Assembly: GCA_030324005.1 (NCBI GenBank)
Contig: JARDVH010000121.1
Span: 10,423,035-10,487,034, forward strand
Direction: 5' to 3'
DNA from: Negaprion brevirostris
Taxonomy: Eukaryota
DNA length: 64,000 nt
The notes beneath the pieces are model-generated. The model did not search any database, was not told the origin of the DNA, and saw nothing but the letters and a program-made list of their open reading frames with translations. Positions 63,495-64,000 of this stretch are shown one piece after another. The translations under genes were made by a program, and so were the position numbers. Numbering within the stretch: the stretch's first letter is position 1; the number at the start of each line of letters is the position of its first letter.

Positions 63495-64000
63495 GTATTT
63501 GCAAGATGTCAATTGTCTTTGTTCCAAAATATTAGGATATGATGCGTGTATACTGTCTTAGGTGCAAACATTTTCAACTGCTTCATCAGTTACCCACTTT
63601 CTATCCTTCATCTGGGTTGGATGATAGTAATTACTCATTTGTACCATTCATAATGGTTAAGATCCAGAAGTTAGCCTTTCCCAAGTGCAACAAGACCGGG
63701 CCAGATTTGACAAATGGCAATTAACATTCGCGCTATACATGCGCCTATAAATAACTATCAAAAAAAAACGCGAGAATTCAACATTTTCCTTCCATTCTAT
63801 CGCCGTACAATTACTCTAACGCCTTCTTTCAACATCTCGGGAAATATCACTGAAGATTCCGAGCTCGAGGTGTCATTACCAAGGCTAAAAGGGCAACAAA
63901 TTCGAGAAACTCACATACAGGCCGCCACCGGCTATCCATCATGGATAAGGCATTTACCTGTTTTAGCATAGATCCAAGAACACTGCAAAAGTGGTCTATG

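Overview
Eukaryotic, repeat-rich scaffold with several N-gaps. The repeat families present (CR1 LINEs, HE1-type tRNA SINEs, Penelope-like elements with hammerhead-like termini, Rex1/Babar, RTE, a Gmr1-type Gypsy element) point to a cartilaginous fish (shark/ray); this is an inference. Most ORF-track entries are decayed retroelement fragments or noise. The main non-repeat signal is invisible to the ORF track: about 23 plus-strand micro-exon candidates (AG|exon|GT, mostly 27 nt, also 24/30/33/36 nt). All are open in phase 1-1, they cluster in repeat-poor islands from about 2.5 kb to 63.5 kb, and some exon types recur. They suggest one long gene, or a tandem family, with a modular and partly coiled-coil-like region built from tiny symmetric exons. 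No globular-domain exon, start exon or confident gene identity is visible. Splice calls were made by eye and are unverified.
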